From: an uncultured virus (IMG/VR IMGVR_UViG_3300024261_000020)
Taxonomy: Duplodnaviria; Heunggongvirae; Uroviricota; Caudoviricetes
Reading direction: 5' to 3' (one strand)
IMG/VR virus record: IMGVR_UViG_3300024261_000020
Span: 1-64,000 of that record
DNA length: 64,000 nucleotides
Shown: one piece after another, positions 58,816 to 64,000 of the stretch
Layout of the letters: every line of letters begins with the position of its first letter
Position numbering within the stretch: the stretch's first letter is position 1
Notes under the pieces: generated by a model
The model's database searches: none
Seen by the model: only the letters and a program-made list of their open reading frames with translations
Told to the model about the DNA's origin: nothing
Made by a program: the position numbers and the translations under genes

Positions 58816-60416
58816 TATCTCTCCGTTTCAGTTTCGTAAATTGCAACCTCTGTCGTCAGCAGTGTTCCACTGGCTGATGCAGCATGCTCCAAAGAGCTTC
58901 TTACAACTTTACAAGGATCCATAATCCCATTGTCTAACATGTTAGTTACAAACTCAAGATTAAGAGCATCATAACCGCTTGGCTCATCAGAATTCAAAAT
59001 CTGCTCAACAAAATCATCAGCACCAGTGACTCCGGCGTTATCAAGAATCTGATAAAATGGGGCCTTAACTGCCTCTCTGATAATTCCAATGCCGGCCACC
59101 TCTTCAGGAAGAAGGCCATCTGTCTCAATCTCGTCAAGGACTGGAAGGGCATGAATTAGTGCGGAGCCACCACCGGGAACTACACCTTCTTCAAGCGCTG
59201 AACGTACAGCGTTGATAGCATCTTCCACTCTGTCCTTTCTCTCTCTCATTTCAGCTTCAGATTTTCCGCCGACCTTAAAAATCGCTGCCGAGCCAGTGAT
59301 TCTTGCAAGTCTGCTTTTTAGAATCTCAAGCTGATAATCATGTTGACCACCAGCAGTAAGCTGCTCTTTAATCTGAATGGCTCTCGCCTCAACATCTTTG
59401 GGATCTGCCCCACCTTCAATTATAGTTGTGCTGTTCTGGCTTACGATGACCCTGCGTGCGGTCCCAAGATCAGCAACTGTTGCTCCGTCAAGACCGATTC
59501 CGTCATTATCACAGAACATCTTTCCGCCAGAAACAATGGCAAGGTCTTCGAGGAATGCACGTCTCGAATCACCAAACCCAGGAGAACGAACTACCGCGAT
59601 TCTAATATTTCCCTGAATCTTGTTGTAGACAAGATGAGCAATAGCTTCATCTGTGATCTGCTTTACAACCAAAAGAACGGGTTTGGATTGCTCGGCTAAT
59701 TCCTCAAAAATTTCCCTTACATCAGTGATGCTGGAAATCGCCCCATCATAAGGAAATATAAGACAATCATCAAATTCTGCCGTAAATCTTGCAGAATTTG
59801 TCACGAAATGCTCAGAGGTCCATCCCTTATCGAGCTTGATACCTTCCGAGTAGAACACCTCAGTTGATCTTCCAGTCGCTTCCTCAACGGAAATGACTCC
59901 GTGCTGACCAACTGCCGCGATAGCTTCTGCGATTTTGGCACCGAGAACCTTATCATTATTTGCAGAGATTACAGCAACACTTCTCATGCTTGCTTCATCG
60001 CTTACAGATGCAGATAAGCCCTTCAGTCTACTTGAAAGTTTTGTCACAGCAAGGTCAATGCCGCGTCTAAGAAGAACAGGGTTGAGTCCCTCTTCGTCTA
60101 CAAGAACTAAGCCTTTGGAGTAGATTGCCTGAGCGAGAACAGTTGCAGTTGTTGTCCCGTCTCCTGCCGCGCTATTTGCTGCGGCTGCAACCGAACGCAC
60201 CAACTGTGCTCCCATGTTCTGAATTCTATCATCCAATCTGATCTGTCGAGCTACAGTCACACCATCTTTTGTAATAAGCGGGTGACCCCATTCCCTTTCG
60301 ATAGCAACGTTTCTTCCTCGCGGACCAAGAGTGGCCTTAACGGCGTTTGCTAAAATATCTACACCTTGAAGCATTTCTTTTCTTGCTTCAGGTCCAATCT
60401 TTACAACTTTTCCCAT
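58815..60416 (-). CDS. groEL: Chaperonin GroEL (copy 2)
   Basis: [44 protein letters not shown]. Confidence 0.95.
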   Translation of the reverse strand: MGKVVKIGPEARKEMLQGVDILANAVKATLGPRGRNVAIEREWGHPLITKDGVTVARQIRLDDRIQNMGAQLVRSVAAAANSAAGDGTTTATVLAQAIYSKGLVLVDEEGLNPVLLRRGIDLAVTKLSSRLKGLSASVSDEASMRSVAVISANNDKVLGAKIAEAIAAVGQHGVISVEEATGRSTEVFYSEGIKLDKGWTSEHFVTNSARFTAEFDDCLIFPYDGAISSITDVREIFEELAEQSKPVLLVVKQITDEAIAHLVYNKIQGNIRIAVVRSPGFGDSRRAFLEDLAIVSGGKMFCDNDGIGLDGATVADLGTARRVIVSQNSTTIIEGGADPKDVEARAIQIKEQLTAGGQHDYQLEILKSRLARITGSAAIFKVGGKSEAEMRERKDRVEDAINAVRSALEEGVVPGGGSALIHALPVLDEIETDGLLPEEVAGIGIIREAVKAPFYQILDNAGVTGADDFVEQILNSDEPSGYDALNLEFVTNMLDNGIMDPCKVVRSSLEHAASASGTLLTTEVAIYETETER

Positions 60417-60482
60417 GTTTTAATCTCCATAGAACATAAAAGGTTCCAACCATTTTTACGTTTCGGGTAGATTAAAAACTAT

Positions 60483-61172
60483 TTAAACATCAAAAGAATT
60501 TGTATATGCTCTACTTACCTTCTCTGCAAGTTCGTCGTTCAAAAGTAGTGCTGCTGACAATGGGTCAGAGCCGGCAAATGGGTCTGCTACTACATCACCC
60601 TCTGCTCCGCCATGCAATATGATGTCTCTCCATATTTCGTGAGGCTTCGGAGAGTCATTGGACGCTGGGTCATAACCAATCTCAGGAATAGCACACTTCT
60701 TTGTAGGCTTCTTATACTCAAACACATTGCGAGCACCTTTGACAAGGACTGCTGGCTTCTTTGGCTTGCAGAAATAATGGATGTACTCGACTGAATTCCT
60801 CCAGTGATACCCGCCACCAAACCTTTCTTTATCCCAAACGATAGTATTAAGGTAACGATAGCCTGCATCGAGCATGAGCTGTTTCGTCTTTTCATATCCA
60901 TCACGATTGGAGAAAACATAGATTCTTCCACCATCATTCATTAAATCTTTAATCTTGACAAAAACACTCTGAAGTTCCTTCCAGTCCATCCTATGATACA
61001 TGAGGTCGGCACCTTCATGATAGGAGTGTCTCCCTGAGCCATTTTTGTTATCGAATGGATATGGAGGGTCGGTAATGACTAAATCTAATCCGCAGCCCTC
61101 ACTGTCTATGTAATTAAGCCACTCGTTAATCGGTAAATTCGTCCGATCCAATATCAGTGTTTCCTGCTCCAT
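60483..61172 (-). CDS. DNA N6-adenine/N4-cytosine methyltransferase (beta class)
   Basis: LVITDPPY preceding VADPFAGS, PKP motif. Confidence 0.8.
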   Translation of the reverse strand: MEQETLILDRTNLPINEWLNYIDSEGCGLDLVITDPPYPFDNKNGSGRHSYHEGADLMYHRMDWKELQSVFVKIKDLMNDGGRIYVFSNRDGYEKTKQLMLDAGYRYLNTIVWDKERFGGGYHWRNSVEYIHYFCKPKKPAVLVKGARNVFEYKKPTKKCAIPEIGYDPASNDSPKPHEIWRDIILHGGAEGDVVADPFAGSDPLSAALLLNDELAEKVSRAYTNSFDV

Positions 61173-61830
61173 AATCTTTCAACCTCACAATTCCGTCAAT
61201 GATTTCAACATAGGTCTGATGCGAGACCCAATCTCCAGTGTTTACATAAGTCTTGATAGAAATATCATCCTTATCAGGAAGTCCCCAAATTACAAACTCT
61301 GGATGGTGCGAATGCCCCATTATAAATACGTCAACGTCTTTATTCTTTTTCAAAATATCCCAGATACGTCGTAGCTTTCTCTTTTTAATCTTGTAATCTG
61401 ACCACCAAGTAGTTATATCGAACTCTGTGATCTTTTCAATCGCATCGTGAACGATAGACAGTAGCGTCATAAATATTTTGTTCTGAAGAATAGGATGATC
61501 GTAGGCATCCCCATGCTCAACCCTAAACTTTCTTCCGCCTTCTTCAAATTCATATTTGTCAACAAATTTGATGCCGAAGAATTCTTTGCCAATAAACCCT
61601 CTGAGCGGGGTATCGTGATTTCCAACAACATAAATGATAGTCTTTGAGTAATCAACTGTGCGTGCGATTGCTAAAGCACGGTCAGTAAACTCAGGGACCT
61701 TGATGAAATCAATAATGTCCCCTGCTAAAATTAACTCATCATATTCGACTTCACTTAAAAAACGCAAAAGCTCAACCGCCTTAAAATATTGGCTGCCAAT
61801 GTGAATGTCGGATATGACGACTCTCTTCAT
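61126..61830 (-). CDS. Calcineurin-like metallophosphoesterase (LpxH-like)
   Basis: SDIHIG, GDIID, GNHD, HGD, GHSH, NTGDW. Confidence 0.85.
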   Translation of the reverse strand: MKRVVISDIHIGSQYFKAVELLRFLSEVEYDELILAGDIIDFIKVPEFTDRALAIARTVDYSKTIIYVVGNHDTPLRGFIGKEFFGIKFVDKYEFEEGGRKFRVEHGDAYDHPILQNKIFMTLLSIVHDAIEKITEFDITTWWSDYKIKKRKLRRIWDILKKNKDVDVFIMGHSHHPEFVIWGLPDKDDISIKTYVNTGDWVSHQTYVEIIDGIVRLKDYGAGNTDIGSDEFTD

Positions 61831-61840
61831 TTATTTGTCC

Positions 61841-62185
61841 CTATCTATTCCATTCTGCGAATGTTGTCCTAATCTCTTCTGCAAAATCAATTCTAATCAA
61901 TCTTACACCAGGGACCGTAAGCAGAATTTGTTTTGGTCCTTGAGTTTCCTCCAAGAAAATGTCCAGCCATTCCTCCGCACTCTTCTTGGTTCTGAAGATA
62001 TCCGAAAAGATATCTTCTGACGGGATATGGATAATGCTCCATTGCCAATTAGGCTGGGCTCCCGAGTCTTTTAACTTGTATTTAGCTATTCCGAATACTG
62101 GAAAGTCCTTTACAACATAACCATCAACGGTTTTACTGTGACCATCCACTATCATCATTTCATCTTTTTCAAACTCTATGTTCAT
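61841..62185 (-). CDS. Hypothetical protein
   Basis: 114 aa, ATGA coupling. Confidence 0.55.
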   Translation of the reverse strand: MNIEFEKDEMMIVDGHSKTVDGYVVKDFPVFGIAKYKLKDSGAQPNWQWSIIHIPSEDIFSDIFRTKKSAEEWLDIFLEETQGPKQILLTVPGVRLIRIDFAEEIRTTFAEWNR

Positions 62186-63132
62186 TGAAGCAATCCGAGG
62201 TCTGTCCCCTCGAATGGCGAACCTTCGCCTGTAAGCTCTGCGATAATGATTCTTAGAAGCGCTTGCTTAATTAGATCATCATACTCTTCTTTCTTGAATT
62301 CGAATCTCAAAGCCCTATTCTTATCCCTTTGTTCTGACACCAAACCATCAATTTTCGAATCGAGGATTTGTCTCAATCTTGCAACTGTAGAGTGCAGCCT
62401 TCGAAGTTGCATCCCACCGTCCTTATCTTCCTTATAGAAACGATCGATTGCGGTGTCAAGATGCTTTAGCTTAGAATCAAGTTCGGGATCATTCTCTGCC
62501 ATTCCTGGCGTTAACTTAGGTCTGTCTCCGCCATGAGTAGAGGTAAACTCTCCTGCGCCAGTTTCGTCAATCTTAACCCTTCTGATATGTTCTGGTCGCC
62601 CTTGCGCACCTTCCATAATTCTTGAAGCATTCGCAATCACAGACTGCTCAGCCTGCGGATCCAATATCATAAACTTTGTTCCAGATGGTAAAGATGAGTA
62701 ATCTGGTGGAATCTCAAGCATTGGTTGGTTAGCCTCAAAACGATGCACCTTACCAGGGTTGAACACTGCTGCTCTGAGCGCCGCTGTAGCTGGTGTGTCC
62801 AAATACCCGTACTCAGTCTTAACTCCAAAGTATCTTTCATAAGGAGTTGCCTTTCCTGGGTCAAGGACATATAGGTGAGGAAAACCTTTTCTTCTTGCTA
62901 CCTCTGGAATCGTGATCCAATTGGAATTATTAGACATAGCGATTGCCTGATTGATATCTTTCGGCCTAAACCTTGTGGTGAAGTCTTCCATAAAGACTTC
63001 ATGGTTTCCGAACTGACCCTCATCATAAGGGAGGAAATCGCCCATGAAAGAGCTTACATCTTCATCATCATCAGTCTCTTGAGCAGCTTTGATCAAGTCC
63101 TCTAAAAGGGATTTTCTAATCTTTCTATCCAT
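62182..63132 (-). CDS. Hypothetical protein, probably late
   Basis: 316 aa, RBS GGAG, TACTAATA upstream, LIKAAQ near the N-terminus. Confidence 0.6.
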   Translation of the reverse strand: MDRKIRKSLLEDLIKAAQETDDDEDVSSFMGDFLPYDEGQFGNHEVFMEDFTTRFRPKDINQAIAMSNNSNWITIPEVARRKGFPHLYVLDPGKATPYERYFGVKTEYGYLDTPATAALRAAVFNPGKVHRFEANQPMLEIPPDYSSLPSGTKFMILDPQAEQSVIANASRIMEGAQGRPEHIRRVKIDETGAGEFTSTHGGDRPKLTPGMAENDPELDSKLKHLDTAIDRFYKEDKDGGMQLRRLHSTVARLRQILDSKIDGLVSEQRDKNRALRFEFKKEEYDDLIKQALLRIIIAELTGEGSPFEGTDLGLLQ

Positions 63133-63173
63133 GTGATAGTCTCCAGATTTGGGTATTCACATGAGCTTCATGA

Positions 63174-63181
63174 TATTAGTA
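63174..63181 (-). promoter_or_regulatory. Putative late promoter TACTAATA
   Basis: Intergenic, 41 nt upstream of ATG 63132. Confidence 0.55.
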
Positions 63182-63517
63182 TCAATCCTCGGTTTTTGAG
63201 TCCTCCTGAACAGCTTCGGGCTTTTGTTCCTCAGGCTCGGCGGCTACTTCTTCCTTCTTTCTTTCCTCAATCACATTGAGCTTACCCTTCAAGACTGTAA
63301 CCGCCATATGAATGACCTCTTCTTCGTCTTCAAATGGAGCTAATGTCATCATGTGCTCCATCCTGGCTCCGTCGAACAGGCTGTCTTTTAGCTCCTGAAG
63401 CTTCCTCTCTACATCAATGATAGTCAAAGCGTCACGAAACATTCCATTGAGAGTGACCAATGTTTCTTCGTCATCAACAGAGTAAATGTAATTTCTTAGT
63501 TCAGTCGGATTGTTCAT
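63182..63517 (-). CDS. Hypothetical protein
   Basis: 111 aa, RBS GAGG. Confidence 0.55.
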   Translation of the reverse strand: MNNPTELRNYIYSVDDEETLVTLNGMFRDALTIIDVERKLQELKDSLFDGARMEHMMTLAPFEDEEEVIHMAVTVLKGKLNVIEERKKEEVAAEPEEQKPEAVQEDSKTED

Positions 63518-64000
63518 ATAGTCGCCTCTCGATTACTTTACTTATTTCTTCCATGTCGCAACATAGCAACAAACCTATATACTCATCTTTAAAGCATGAC
63601 ATTCTCGAAAATGTCTTAAATGATGTTAGAAATCTTTTAAGATAAATACCTTTAACCTTACTCAAGGTTTCTGGAGTGATCTCTGAAAAAAAGATTAAAT
63701 AATCTGGATCATACTCTGGGGTGAGATTCGTTGCATTGAATAAATTGATGATGGCATATTTTGGAGGGCCAACATAATCCGCAGTATCCTCTGCTATTCC
63801 AACTTGAAGATACAGGTCCGCAATCTTATCTGCCAAGTCTTCTGAGAAGCCAAATCCGTACCTCTCCATATACTTAAATGCTCTACAGGCAGAGTTAATA
63901 GATATGCTATCGTGTCGCTCAAGGAAACTCTTTGTCGGAAAGATTGTCTTCTCTTCGAAAGTCCTCTCAGCTTTTTTTGTAAAGTGTAGTAAGCCATTGT
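63501..64000 (-). CDS. Hypothetical protein, 5' end outside the window
   Basis: The frame of ORF 63501-63869 stays open to the window edge (NGLLHFTKKAERTFEEK...FKYMERY). Confidence 0.55.
   Translation of the reverse strand, partial: NGLLHFTKKAERTFEEKTIFPTKSFLERHDSISINSACRAFKYMERYGFGFSEDLADKIADLYLQVGIAEDTADYVGPPKYAIINLFNATNLTPEYDPDYLIFFSEITPETLSKVKGIYLKRFLTSFKTFSRMSCFKDEYIGLLLCCDMEEISKVIERRLYEQSD

Noticed and set aside
63794..63997. 67-aa ORF at the right edge
   Set aside because: The frame of 63501-63869 is open through this region and explains it better

Overview
This is a 64-kb segment of a large (jumbo-type) tailed dsDNA bacteriophage genome in the standard genetic code. It is densely coding, and every credible gene except one (a ruvC-like resolvase) is on the minus strand. 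It contains a GpA-like terminase large subunit (missing from the ORF track because it runs off the left edge) and a block of uncharacterised probable virion/head proteins. Replication and recombination genes include DnaE with an intein, a primase split into two distant genes, RecA, SSB, a UvsY-like protein, RuvC, SbcCD, a PD-(D/E)xK nuclease, FtsK and HU. Also present are two sigma/HTH factors, three HNH-type endonucleases, nucleotide metabolism genes (ThyX, PurA, GuaB/GuaC, HD and DHH hydrolases), a CCA-type nucleotidyltransferase, KhpA, and a large proteostasis set (two GroEL, Hsp20, MoxR-AAA/vWA, M16 peptidase). Signals read directly from the sequence: (i) a recurrent TACTAAT motif before probable late genes; (ii) this motif, or a one-mismatch variant, with an RBS and in-frame ATG at identical spacing inside two adjacent ORFs, each predicting a nested isoform that starts with a shared LAxxLDxxG helix; (iii) recurrent K-x-A motifs and a shared Trp-rich module in these proteins, suggesting an undescribed virion targeting/maturation code; (iv) a second promoter class; (v) an HNH gene carrying a second copy of the groEL C-terminus. 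All calls are by eye from motifs; no database searches were run.
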